A stretch of 64,000 nucleotides of DNA from an uncultured Gemmatimonadales bacterium (lineage in GTDB: Bacteria; Gemmatimonadota; Gemmatimonadetes; Gemmatimonadales; GWC2-71-9). Each line of letters begins with the position of its first letter. Positions within the stretch are counted from its first letter, which is position 1. The stretch lies in the NCBI GenBank assembly GCA_963705985.1, contig CAVPLK010000003.1, positions 67,745 through 131,744 on the forward strand, given 5' to 3'. The position numbers and the translations under genes were made by a program. A model generated the notes under the pieces. The model did no database searches and was not told where the DNA came from. It saw only the letters and a program-made list of their open reading frames with translations. Below are positions 37,912-47,028 of this stretch, one piece after another.

Positions 37912-39993
37912 GTGTTTGACACCTCGCGCGTCCTCGCGCTCTACGGGCGCGTCCTGGTCTGGTTCGGCCTCTCGCTCGCGGCCGTGGCCATGCTGGTGGA
38001 CCTCCGCTGGATCCAGCAACCCCTTCCGACGCTGCTGATCCTGGTGACGGTCGTCGCGCTGCGCGCCTCGCCCGTCCGGCTCAGCAAGTATTCCTACCTG
38101 ACCCAGCACGCCGTCCCGGTCATCGTCGGGATCATGGTCGCGGCGCCGGCCCAGATCGTGGCGGGGATGGCGGCCGGAGTCTACCTGGTGGACACGCTCT
38201 GGCTGCGGAAGCCGATGGGCGCCGGCCTGGTGAACGCTGGGCGCGAGAACATCGCGTTCATGGCGTCGTTCGGCATCTTCTCGCTGGTCTGGCGGCTGAG
38301 CGGATCGCCGGGCCTCGGCCTCGACTTCCTCCCCGCGGCCTTCACGCTGGCGGGCATCTACTTTTTCCTGTCGCGCGCCCTCTTCTACTTCACGCTGCTC
38401 CTGCGGGACAAGCTCGAAAGCGAAGAGCGGCTGCTCATCCTGCGCTACGAGGTCGTGTCCTACCTGCTGACGCTCGGCGCCGCGGCGATCGTCATCGGCG
38501 CCATCCAGGCCCTCAGCCCGCCAGGCTGGGTCGCAGTACTGGCGGTCGTCAGCGTCTTCGGGCTCCTGACCAAGAAGATCCTGGAGGAAGCGATCGCCGC
38601 CGAGGACCTGAACAAGGTCCACATGATGGAGACAGCGATCACCACGAACGTGACGCTGATGGATTCGTTCCAGCAGATCGAGCGCCTGGCGCACCGGCTG
38701 CTCGACTGGGGCGACCTGCGGATCTATCGCCGCGATGACAACGACGTGGTGTCGCTGGCGTATCGGGGCGAGGTGGGGCGCAGTGGCCGGGGCGAGGTGC
38801 CGGCGGACCTGGAGCCGCTCCGGCGCGCGGCCATCACGACGGCGGCCCCGGTCATCCTCCACGACACATCGAAGGACGAGCGGCTGCCGATGGCGGGCGT
38901 AGACACCCAGAGCCTGGTCATCCTTCCGCTGCGCTTCGGCTCCGACGTGATCGGCACCCTGGAGCTGGAGCACCACAAGCGGCACATGTACCGCGCGCGC
39001 GACCTGGCCGCGATGTCCACGCTGGCCACCCAGGTGGCGACCGCCATTCACATCGCCGAGCTCCGCCGCCCGCTGGTCACGACGGTGGACAGCATCGGTT
39101 CGCAGGTCGGCGCGCTGGCCCGCGCGACCGAGTCGCTGCACGCCTCCGCGGACGCGCTGACGGCCGCCTCCAAGTCGCTGCGGATCGGCCTGGGAGAGCA
39201 GGACGCGTTCGTCACGGCCGGACTCAAGGCGACGAAGGCGCTCGCGAGCGGCTCGGCCGAGATCGCCGTGCAGGGGAAGCGGGCGGCCGAGGCGAGCGCG
39301 CTGGCGTCCGAGACGGCGTCGCGGAATCGCGAGACGATCCGGGACGCGATCAGGCGGCTGGTGGACCTGAAGCATTTCGTGGCCGAGAGCTCGCGGCAGG
39401 TCGGCGAGCTGGGCCACGTCACCAAGCGGATCACCGGGTTCATCGGGTCGATCCGGGAAATTGCCGACCTCACCAACCTGATCTCCCTCAATGCCGCCAT
39501 CGAGGCGGCCCGGGCGGGGCAGGAAGGGAAGGGGTTCGCCGTGGTCGCGGCCGAGGTGCGGGATCTGGCGGACCAGAGCGCGGTGGCGGCTCGGGAGGCG
39601 AGCGGGCTCCTTGCCGCCATCGCGGAACAGGTCACGGAAATCACCGCGCAGATGTCGCACGGCGAACGGGCGGTCGAGGGCGTCGAGCAACTGGGCGAGG
39701 CGGCGGTCGAGGCCCTGGAGGGGATCGTGAACACGACGCGCGAGGCGGGCACCGCCGCGCAGCGAATCGGCGAGACCGCCGGCCAGCAGGAGGGGGCGTT
39801 CGCCAAGCTCCAGGAACAGATCGGGCACCTGGCCACCGTGTCCACCCGGATCCGGGAGGAGACCACCGTGCTGGCCAGCCAGGCGGGACGGGCAGCCGAC
39901 GCGCAGGCGGAACTCGACGGCGCCATCAAGCAGCTGGAGCAGGTGTCCACCCACCTGCAGTCGATCGCGCGCCACTTCACCGTCGGGGAATAG
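37912..39993 (+). CDS. 7-TM / GAF / methyl-accepting chemotaxis signalling-domain protein
   Basis: About seven N-terminal TM helices, a GAF-like region, then the MCP hairpin core [29 protein letters not shown]. No HAMP recognised. GTG start. Confidence 0.85.
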   Translation: MFDTSRVLALYGRVLVWFGLSLAAVAMLVDLRWIQQPLPTLLILVTVVALRASPVRLSKYSYLTQHAVPVIVGIMVAAPAQIVAGMAAGVYLVDTLWLRKPMGAGLVNAGRENIAFMASFGIFSLVWRLSGSPGLGLDFLPAAFTLAGIYFFLSRALFYFTLLLRDKLESEERLLILRYEVVSYLLTLGAAAIVIGAIQALSPPGWVAVLAVVSVFGLLTKKILEEAIAAEDLNKVHMMETAITTNVTLMDSFQQIERLAHRLLDWGDLRIYRRDDNDVVSLAYRGEVGRSGRGEVPADLEPLRRAAITTAAPVILHDTSKDERLPMAGVDTQSLVILPLRFGSDVIGTLELEHHKRHMYRARDLAAMSTLATQVATAIHIAELRRPLVTTVDSIGSQVGALARATESLHASADALTAASKSLRIGLGEQDAFVTAGLKATKALASGSAEIAVQGKRAAEASALASETASRNRETIRDAIRRLVDLKHFVAESSRQVGELGHVTKRITGFIGSIREIADLTNLISLNAAIEAARAGQEGKGFAVVAAEVRDLADQSAVAAREASGLLAAIAEQVTEITAQMSHGERAVEGVEQLGEAAVEALEGIVNTTREAGTAAQRIGETAGQQEGAFAKLQEQIGHLATVSTRIREETTVLASQAGRAADAQAELDGAIKQLEQVSTHLQSIARHFTVGE

Positions 39994-39994
39994 C

Positions 39995-40402
39995 GTGGCG
40001 GAGGAGGTGACCGTGGCGCTGGGGAGCAACCTCGGCGACCGGGCCGCACACCTCGCGGCCGCGCGCGCCGCGCTGGGCCGACTGCCCGGTACCCGGCTGG
40101 TGAAGGTGTCCACCGTGGAGGAAACGGCGCCTCTCGGCGGGCTGGATCAGCCGCCGTACCTCAATCAGGTGGCGCTGCTGGAAACGGACCTGGACCCGCG
40201 CACCCTGCTCGACGCCTGTCAGGGCATCGAGCGCGCGGAGGGGCGGGCACGGGGCGCGCGCTGGGCCTCGCGTTCGCTCGACATCGATATCATTCAATTC
40301 GGCCGGCGGCATGTCGCCGAGCCCGGCCTCACGATCCCGCATCCGGAGCTCCCCAACCGCGACTTCTGGCAACGCGGGCTGGCGGAAGTGCAGATCCCAT
40401 GA
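39995..40402 (+). CDS. folK: 2-amino-4-hydroxy-6-hydroxymethyldihydropteridine diphosphokinase
   Basis: VALGSNLGDR...YLNQV...RWASRSLDIDI...PHPEL motifs of HPPK. 135 aa. Confidence 0.9.
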   Translation: MAEEVTVALGSNLGDRAAHLAAARAALGRLPGTRLVKVSTVEETAPLGGLDQPPYLNQVALLETDLDPRTLLDACQGIERAEGRARGARWASRSLDIDIIQFGRRHVAEPGLTIPHPELPNRDFWQRGLAEVQIP

Positions 40403-41211
40403 GCGACACCCCCCGTCCCCTGACGACGCGCGATTTCCTCGCGATGAAGCGAGCGGGCACGAAAATCGTCTCCCTGACCGCCTACGACGCCCTGATGGCG
40501 CGCATCCTCGACGCCTCCGGCGTGGACATCATCCTGGTCGGCGACTCGGTGAACCAGGTGGTTGCCGGGCGAAGCACCACGCTGAGCGCCACGCTCGACC
40601 AGATGATCTATCACGCCCGTGCGGTCCAGGGGGCGGTGCGCCGCGGGCTGGTCGTGGTGGACCTGCCGTTCCTGACCTACCAGGTCACGATCGAGGACGC
40701 GATTCGGAACGCCGGCCGGGTCATGCAGGCGACCGGTGCGCCCGCCGTCAAACTCGAAGGTGGCGTGACGATGGGGCCGACCATTCGTGCGCTGGTCGAT
40801 CGCGGCATCCCGGTGATGGGGCATGTCGGGCTGACTCCCCAGTCGGTGCACGCCCTCGGCGGGTACCGGGTGCAGGGGAGGGAGGAGGCGGCCGCCGAGC
40901 GGCTGCTGGCCGATGCCCGCGCGGTGGAGGAAGCGGGAGCGTTTGCCGTCGTGCTCGAGCTCGTCCCCGCGGCCCTCGCGGGCCGGGTCACCCGGGAACT
41001 CACCATTCCCACGATCGGAATCGGTGCCGGCGCCGAGTGCGACGGACAAGTCCTCGTCCTCCCGGACATGCTGGGGATGAACCCGGGCTTCACCGTGAAA
41101 TTCCTCAAGAAGTACGCCGATCTCGATGGGATCGTCCGCGCAGCGGTCGCCTCGTACAGCGACGACGTCCGTGCCGGCAGGTACCCCGGGCAGGAACACA
41201 GCTTCGAGTGA
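40399..41211 (+). CDS. panB: 3-methyl-2-oxobutanoate hydroxymethyltransferase
   Basis: LTAYD...ILVGDS...VKLEGG...GHVGLTPQ motifs. ATGA overlap with folK. Confidence 0.95.
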   Translation: MSDTPRPLTTRDFLAMKRAGTKIVSLTAYDALMARILDASGVDIILVGDSVNQVVAGRSTTLSATLDQMIYHARAVQGAVRRGLVVVDLPFLTYQVTIEDAIRNAGRVMQATGAPAVKLEGGVTMGPTIRALVDRGIPVMGHVGLTPQSVHALGGYRVQGREEAAAERLLADARAVEEAGAFAVVLELVPAALAGRVTRELTIPTIGIGAGAECDGQVLVLPDMLGMNPGFTVKFLKKYADLDGIVRAAVASYSDDVRAGRYPGQEHSFE

Positions 41212-42080
41212 ACCGCCGAACCGCCCCCAGAGAGTTCACAACGGTCGCGGGCATCCGCGCCTGGACCTCGGCGCAAAGGGCGGGGGGCTCCCGGATCGGC
41301 TTTGTGCCCACCATGGGGTTTCTCCACGAGGGCCATCTCGCGCTCGTCGACGCGGCGCGCGCCGTGTCGGACGTCGTGGTGATGAGCATCTTCGTCAATC
41401 CGCTGCAGTTCGGCCCCTCCGAAGATCTGTCCCGCTATCCCCGTGACCTCCCGCGCGATCGCGCCCTGGCCGCCGGCCGCGGCGTGGATGCGCTCTTCCT
41501 TCCCGACGTCTCCGTCATGTATCCGCCAGGGAGCGACACCCGGGTGGTCCCCGGCCCCGGCGCCGACCGCTGGGAAGGGGAAATACGCCCCGGGCATTTC
41601 GTCGGGGTGCTGACCGTGGTGGCCAAGCTCTTCCACCTGGTGGCCCCCGACGTGGCGGTCTTCGGGCAGAAGGACGCCCAGCAGGCGGCGCTGATCCGGC
41701 GCATGGTGCACGACCTTGACTGGCCCATCGCCCTGGTGGTGGCGCCGACCACGCGGGAGCCGGACGGCCTGGCCCTGAGCAGCCGGAACAGCTACCTGTC
41801 GGCCGAGGCGCGGAGGGAGGCGGTCGGGCTTAGCGCGGCGCTGCGGGCGGCGCACGAGGGGTGGCGGGGTGGGGAGACGCGGGGCGACCGGCTGGTGGCG
41901 ATCGCCCGGCAGACACTCGAGGTGTATCAGGGTGTGCAGCCGGAGTATATTTCCGTGGTCGAGCCCGAGGCGCTGGCCCCCGTCGAGACGGCGGGGGCGG
42001 GGTGTCTTATGCTGATCGCCGCCCGGGTCGGATCGACGAGGCTGATCGACAACGTCATATTCGGGGAAGGGATCCCGTGA
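41208..42080 (+). CDS. panC: pantoate--beta-alanine ligase
   Basis: [27 protein letters not shown] motifs. GTG 41208 overlaps the panB stop; the upstream part of ORF 40311-42080 is an alternative frame of panB. Confidence 0.94.
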   Translation: MNRRTAPREFTTVAGIRAWTSAQRAGGSRIGFVPTMGFLHEGHLALVDAARAVSDVVVMSIFVNPLQFGPSEDLSRYPRDLPRDRALAAGRGVDALFLPDVSVMYPPGSDTRVVPGPGADRWEGEIRPGHFVGVLTVVAKLFHLVAPDVAVFGQKDAQQAALIRRMVHDLDWPIALVVAPTTREPDGLALSSRNSYLSAEARREAVGLSAALRAAHEGWRGGETRGDRLVAIARQTLEVYQGVQPEYISVVEPEALAPVETAGAGCLMLIAARVGSTRLIDNVIFGEGIP

Positions 42081-42451
42081 TGCAGCGACATCTCATGAAG
42101 TCCAAGATTCACCGCGCCACGATTACGTCGGCGGACCTCCATTACGAGGGCTCCCTGACGGTGGACGAGGACCTGCTGGACGCCGCCGACCTGCTGGAGC
42201 ACGAGGAGGTGCAGGTCGTCAACGTCAATAACGGGGCGCGGTTCAGCACCTACGTCATCCCGGGGCCCCGGGGCTCTGGCGTCATCCAGCTGAACGGCGC
42301 GGCCGCGCGGCTCGGGATGGCGGGCGATCTGGTCATCGTCATCAGCTATGGGGTCTTCGACGCCGCGGCGGCCGAGCACCACACGCCGACCGTCGTCTTC
42401 GTCGACGGGCACAATCGCATTGTGCGCCCGCCGCTTCGGGCCGAGGGATGA
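42080..42451 (+). CDS. panD: aspartate 1-decarboxylase
   Basis: [11 protein letters not shown]...HYEGSLTVD (self-processing G-S). 123 aa. Confidence 0.95.
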   Translation: MQRHLMKSKIHRATITSADLHYEGSLTVDEDLLDAADLLEHEEVQVVNVNNGARFSTYVIPGPRGSGVIQLNGAAARLGMAGDLVIVISYGVFDAAAAEHHTPTVVFVDGHNRIVRPPLRAEG

Positions 42452-42455
42452 TTCG

Positions 42456-43037
42456 GTGACCGGCGGCTCCGCGTCGGGCGTGTCCCCTGCGCTCCGGCCG
42501 ACGCTGCCGGACTGGGCGGAGGTCACGCCCGAACGGGTCGAACATATCGAACGGGTCGCCACGCTGGTGTCGTCGTGGGCGGAGCGGATGGGGGTCCACG
42601 ACTCCGAGCGGAATCGCTGGCTGAAGGCGGTCTGGTTGCACGACGCCTTACGCGACGCCAGTGCCGAAACGCTGGGGCAGTGGGCTGCGAGCTCGTCCGG
42701 CGCGGTCGAACTCTGGCACGGCCCCGCCGCCGCGGCTCGCGCCAAGGCGGAGGGCGAGACCGACCGCGGTGTGCTCGACGCCGTGCGCTACCACTCGCTC
42801 GGCCTCGCCGAATGGGACATGGTCGGACGGGTGCTCTACTGCGCCGACTACCTCGAGCCCGGCCGGACCTTCGACGAGGCGGCGCGCGCCGAACTGGCCG
42901 CCCTCTTTCCCCGCGACGTCGCCGGCGTCATCCGCGCGGTGGCGCGGGCGCGGCTCACCTACCTGGCGCGGTCCGGTTGGCCGTTGCCGGAGCCGATGGT
43001 CCGATTTTGGAACAGCCTGTCCGTCGCCTCGCCCTGA
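42456..43037 (+). CDS. HD-domain phosphohydrolase, YqeK-like (putative Ap4A hydrolase)
   Basis: H...HD (WLHDALRD), LWHGPAAA, AVRYHSLG, YCADYLEPGR pattern as in YqeK. GTG start. Confidence 0.7.
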   Translation: MTGGSASGVSPALRPTLPDWAEVTPERVEHIERVATLVSSWAERMGVHDSERNRWLKAVWLHDALRDASAETLGQWAASSSGAVELWHGPAAAARAKAEGETDRGVLDAVRYHSLGLAEWDMVGRVLYCADYLEPGRTFDEAARAELAALFPRDVAGVIRAVARARLTYLARSGWPLPEPMVRFWNSLSVASP

Positions 43038-43429
43038 CCGGGGCGGGAGTCCTCCTCCTCGCCCTCCTCGCAGTCCTGTACCGGTCGACACCCTCGACAC
43101 TGCCCGATCACGCCTTTCCCATCCCCGGCGAGTCCGATCACCTGCTGACCGAAGTGCTGAACGGGTCAGGCAAGGCGGGGCTGGCACGCACGGCCACCCG
43201 GGTGCTCCGCCGCGGCGGGATGGACGTCGTGTTTTTCGGGAACGCCGAGGGCGGGGAGGTTCCGTCCACCCAACTGCTGGTGCGCCGTGGGGACAGCACC
43301 GCGGCACGGCGTGCGGCCCGGTTGCTCGGCGTGGGGGCCATCGCCTGGAAACCCGATTCGACCCGTCGGGTGGACGTGACGGTGATTCTCGGTGCCGACT
43401 ACGATCCGCCGGCGGAACTGCACCCCTGA
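43007..43429 (+). CDS. LytR_C domain membrane protein
   Basis: One TM helix, then VLNGSGKAGLARTATRVLRRGGMDV...VILGADY, typical of the LytR C-terminal domain. Start (TTG 43007) uncertain. Confidence 0.55.
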   Translation: MEQPVRRLALTGAGVLLLALLAVLYRSTPSTLPDHAFPIPGESDHLLTEVLNGSGKAGLARTATRVLRRGGMDVVFFGNAEGGEVPSTQLLVRRGDSTAARRAARLLGVGAIAWKPDSTRRVDVTVILGADYDPPAELHP

Positions 43430-43430
43430 G

Positions 43431-44717
43431 CTATCCGGTGCCGCGCTGGCGGACTCCAATCACGATATCCATCACATTGGTGCCAGTCGGACCGGTGCGC
43501 ACCAGCGCGCCCACCGCGTCGAGTGCTCGATAGGCATCATGAGAGGCCAGGTCGTCTTCGGGCCTGCGCCCCGCGCCGGTGATCCGCGCCCAGGTGGCGC
43601 CATCCACGATGGCACCGGCGGCGTCGGTCGGCCCATCCCGGCCATCGGTGCCGGCGGCCAGGAGTGCGACGCCGGGCACCTCCTCCAGTTCAGCAGCCGC
43701 GGCCAGCGCCAGCTCCTGGCTGCGGCCGCCGAGTCCGGCCGGCCCGTCGCCCAGCGAGACGGTGGTCTCTCCGCCCCAGACGAAGCAGTTGGCACCGCCG
43801 CCGCCCGCATGGAGGAACGCGCCGATCCGGGTGCCCGCCTCCCTGGCCTCGCCCGAGAGGTCGGAGGCGCCCGCCAGCACCGAGAGCCCGAGGGCCTGGG
43901 CCCGGCTCCGCACCCCCTGCACGGCGAGCCGGTTACTGGCGATGATATGGGTGGTCACGTTGCGGAACGCGGGGTCGCCGGGCTTCGGGGTGTCGGGAAG
44001 GGCCCCGGAAGCCTGATGCTCGAGCAGGCGACGGACCGAGGCCGGAATGCCAGGAGACCCTGCCACCGACTCGACCAGCGCCAGCACTTCTCGGGCTGAG
44101 CGAGGGTCTGGAGCGCAGGGGCCGGAGCCGATGGTGCCGGGGTCATCGCCGATGACGTCGGAAATGCAGAGCACCGTCACGGTCCTCGGCGCGAGTGCGG
44201 CGGCGAGACGACCGGCTCCCCAGCGGAGGCACCGCTTCCGGATGGCGTTCATCACGCCGATGGGGTGGCCACTGCCGAGCAGGAAGGTCCAGAGCGCAGT
44301 GAGGTCGCCGGGCTCGATGCCGTCCACGGGGAGGGCGGCGAGGCTCGAAGACCCTCCCGACAGGAGGATCAGTGCCTGATGGTGTGCCGGCATGCCTCCG
44401 ACCGCTTCCGCGAGGGCGCCGGCCGCGCGCGCGGAATTGGCGCCTGGCACGGGGTGGTCGCCGGCGACGCTGGGCAGCGAGGAGTTTCCCGAGCCACGTT
44501 CTGGCCCGATGATGAGCCCGCCCGCCAGCGGAATCCTGGACGCAGTCAGGGTCGAGAGGGCGGCGTCCGACATGCCGAGCGCCGCCTTGCCGATCGCGAA
44601 GAGGTGGACGGGAGCGCGCGAGGGGAGAGGGCGCTCGCTTAATTCCCGCCTGACGGCGGCCGCTGGGTCGGCGGCCCGGAGCGCCGCAGCATAGAGATCG
44701 AGCAGGAGTTCGCGCAT
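43431..44717 (-). CDS. glycerate 2-kinase / hydroxypyruvate reductase-like (DUF4147 + MOFRL)
   Basis: 428 aa; AIGKAA, GGETTV and GTDGRDGPTDAAGAIVD motifs. Confidence 0.85.
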   Translation of the reverse strand: MRELLLDLYAAALRAADPAAAVRRELSERPLPSRAPVHLFAIGKAALGMSDAALSTLTASRIPLAGGLIIGPERGSGNSSLPSVAGDHPVPGANSARAAGALAEAVGGMPAHHQALILLSGGSSSLAALPVDGIEPGDLTALWTFLLGSGHPIGVMNAIRKRCLRWGAGRLAAALAPRTVTVLCISDVIGDDPGTIGSGPCAPDPRSAREVLALVESVAGSPGIPASVRRLLEHQASGALPDTPKPGDPAFRNVTTHIIASNRLAVQGVRSRAQALGLSVLAGASDLSGEAREAGTRIGAFLHAGGGGANCFVWGGETTVSLGDGPAGLGGRSQELALAAAAELEEVPGVALLAAGTDGRDGPTDAAGAIVDGATWARITGAGRRPEDDLASHDAYRALDAVGALVRTGPTGTNVMDIVIGVRQRGTG

Positions 44718-44761
44718 TCACTAGTATGGGGCCGCGGGGCACCGCGGCCAAGGAGCCCGAC

Positions 44762-45739
44762 GTGAGTATCCCGGACCGTCCGATCGTGACTCTCACCCGC
44801 CGCCTGCCAGCCCCGGTGGAGAGGACGTTGCTGGAGCGGTTCGACGCCCGGCTGAACGCTGCCGACGTGCCGCTCGGCGCGGACGGCCTCCGGGAAGCGC
44901 TGCGGGCATCCGATGCGGTGTTATGCGCGGTGTCGGACCGGATCGATGCCGAGGTGCTCCGGGTGGAGCCGCTTCGGGCGCAACTCCTCGCCAACTTTGG
45001 CGTGGGGTTCGAACACATCGACCTGGACACGGCGCGTGAGCGAGGGCTCATGGTCACCAACACCCCGGGCGTGCTGACGGATGACACGGCAGACCTGGCG
45101 ATGGGCCTCATGCTCATGGCCATGCGCCGGCTCGGGGAAGGGGAGCGGGCGCTCCGCGCGGGGGCGTGGCGTGGGTGGTACCCGACGCACCACCTCGGGC
45201 GGCGGCTGTCGGGCAAGACGCTCGGCATCGTGGGGATGGGGCGGATCGGGCGAGCCGTGGCACGGCGGGCGGTGCACGGGTTCGGGATGCAGCTGCTCTA
45301 CGCGAGCCGGTCGGAGCTTCCCGCGGGGGAGGCGGCGGCGCTCGACGCCGTGTGTGTCGACCTCGACCGGGTCTTTGCCGAATCGGACGTGGTGTCGCTG
45401 CACGTGCCGTCCAACGACGAGACGCGCAACCTGGTCGACGCACGCCGGCTGCGGCTGATGCCGCCGCATGGCATCCTCATCAACACTTCGCGGGGCGACG
45501 TGGTCGACGAAGCGGCACTCGCGGCGGCCCTGCACGACGGGACGATTGCCGGCGCGGGCCTCGACGTCTACGCAGAGGAGCCGAGGGTGTACCCGGCGCT
45601 CCTGGCGCTCGAAAACGCCGTCCTGCTGCCGCACCTCGGCAGCGCCACCGTGGAGTCGAGGACCGCGATGGGGATGCGGGCGTACGAAAACCTCGTGGCG
45701 TGGAGCGAGGGGCGGGAATTGCCGGACCGGGTAGCGTAG
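44762..45739 (+). CDS. D-2-hydroxyacid dehydrogenase (glyoxylate/hydroxypyruvate reductase type)
   Basis: NAD site GIVGMGRIGRAVARR and catalytic R/E/H context (NTSRGDVVDE...PHLGSAT). GTG 44762 is preceded by AGGAG; ATG 44726 is the alternative. Confidence 0.88.
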   Translation: MSIPDRPIVTLTRRLPAPVERTLLERFDARLNAADVPLGADGLREALRASDAVLCAVSDRIDAEVLRVEPLRAQLLANFGVGFEHIDLDTARERGLMVTNTPGVLTDDTADLAMGLMLMAMRRLGEGERALRAGAWRGWYPTHHLGRRLSGKTLGIVGMGRIGRAVARRAVHGFGMQLLYASRSELPAGEAAALDAVCVDLDRVFAESDVVSLHVPSNDETRNLVDARRLRLMPPHGILINTSRGDVVDEAALAAALHDGTIAGAGLDVYAEEPRVYPALLALENAVLLPHLGSATVESRTAMGMRAYENLVAWSEGRELPDRVA

Positions 45740-45747
45740 ACGACCGC

Positions 45748-47028
45748 TTACGGCGCCCAATACCTCGGCGGCAGCGTGAGATAGCGCCTGGTCAGCATGT
45801 CCTGCCGAGAGGGGGCCGTGAATTCCACGCCGCGCACGTAGACGTGCTCGGCCCGGGTGGCGAACTCGAAGGGATCGCCATCCCACACGACGACGTTCCC
45901 TTCCATTCCCGGCTTCAGCGCGCCGATCCTGTCCGCCACACCAAACACCATCGCCGGCCCGAGCGTGATCGCGGCCAGGGCGTCGTCCCATGTCATGCCA
46001 TACCCGACGGCATTCCCCGCCTCGTAACGGATGTTCCGGACGTTGAACCCCTCCTCTCCGCCACCGGCGTTGCCAATCAGGATGACCTCGACGCCGGCCT
46101 TCCGGAGGATGGCCGCGTTGTCCTGCCTGGTGCCGAGCTGGGTGAAGGTGCGCGGGACGTTGTCCATCGCGCCGGTCATCACCGGTACCCTTGCCGCGGC
46201 GATCTTGTCGGCCACCATCCACGCCTCGTCCGCGCCGTACAAGACCAGCTTGAACTGATAGCGCCGCGACAGGTCGAGCGCCGCCTCGAGGCTCGCCGCC
46301 TGATTGACTGCCAGGACCAGCGGCAGCTGGCCGCTCACGACCGGGATCATCGCCTCCATGTCCACCCGACGGAAGGCGAACGGCCGCATCTTCGCAGCGT
46401 CGTACGCCTTCTTGTTGGCCATGTAGGCTTTCGTGTCGTCCAGCAGTTCCACCAGCTTGCCGATGAGCTCACCGCGGGCCCCGACGCCGGCGCTCTGGTT
46501 GCCCTCCAGCTGGCCGAACATGCCGATGGGTCCCCGCACCAGGACACCCGCAAGCGACCCCGCCCCGAGATCAATGGCCGCGCCCTGGCCTGCGATCAGG
46601 TTGCCGTTGGGCCACACGACCACGGACGTGACCCCATGCGCCCGGTTGTCGGGGATGAGCACGCTCTGGGGGTTGTAGGCCAGCCACGGCTGAAACGAGG
46701 CTGAGACCTCATCGAACCCGTCCGCGCTCGTCTCGTTCGCGCTGGCGCCGCCGCCCACCTCCGTGAGGCCGAGCTCGGAACTCGCATTGAACAGGCCCGG
46801 CGTCACCCACTTGCCGGTGGCATCGATGACGGTGGCCCCGGCCGGTACCGCGACCGAGGCGCCGACCTCCGTGACAGTGCCGTTCACGATCACCACCGTG
46901 CCGCCGGAGATCGGCGGACCGCTGACCGGGTAGACGGTCCCTCCGGTGATGGCGATGGTCTGTGCCCGGGCGGCAGGAGCGGTCAGGCAGAGCAGCAGGG
47001 CGGAGGCCCCGAAACGAATGGCGCGCAT
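45748..47028 (-). CDS. secreted amidohydrolase-family protein
   Basis: Signal peptide (LLLCLTAPAARAQ), metal-dependent hydrolase fold. ATGA overlap with the upstream paralog. Confidence 0.8.
   Translation of the reverse strand: MRAIRFGASALLLCLTAPAARAQTIAITGGTVYPVSGPPISGGTVVIVNGTVTEVGASVAVPAGATVIDATGKWVTPGLFNASSELGLTEVGGGASANETSADGFDEVSASFQPWLAYNPQSVLIPDNRAHGVTSVVVWPNGNLIAGQGAAIDLGAGSLAGVLVRGPIGMFGQLEGNQSAGVGARGELIGKLVELLDDTKAYMANKKAYDAAKMRPFAFRRVDMEAMIPVVSGQLPLVLAVNQAASLEAALDLSRRYQFKLVLYGADEAWMVADKIAAARVPVMTGAMDNVPRTFTQLGTRQDNAAILRKAGVEVILIGNAGGGEEGFNVRNIRYEAGNAVGYGMTWDDALAAITLGPAMVFGVADRIGALKPGMEGNVVVWDGDPFEFATRAEHVYVRGVEFTAPSRQDMLTRRYLTLPPRYWAP

Noticed and set aside
37885-40113. 742-aa minus-strand ORF antisense to the MCP gene (similar cases at 34554-36533, 35870-37420, 826-2538, 10756-12096, 40677-41855, 44921-46222)
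   Set aside because: Same GC-driven artefact. Each overlaps a well-supported gene on the other strand and has no family-like motifs.
40311-42080. 589-aa plus-strand ORF that looks like one large protein
   Set aside because: Only the last 290 codons are PanC (from GTG 41208). The 5' part is an alternative frame of folK/panB with Arg/Pro/Gly-rich nonsense. The same logic trims ORFs 10582-11811, 11172-12569, 26082-26774, 27118-28272, 31187-32986 and 41861-42451.
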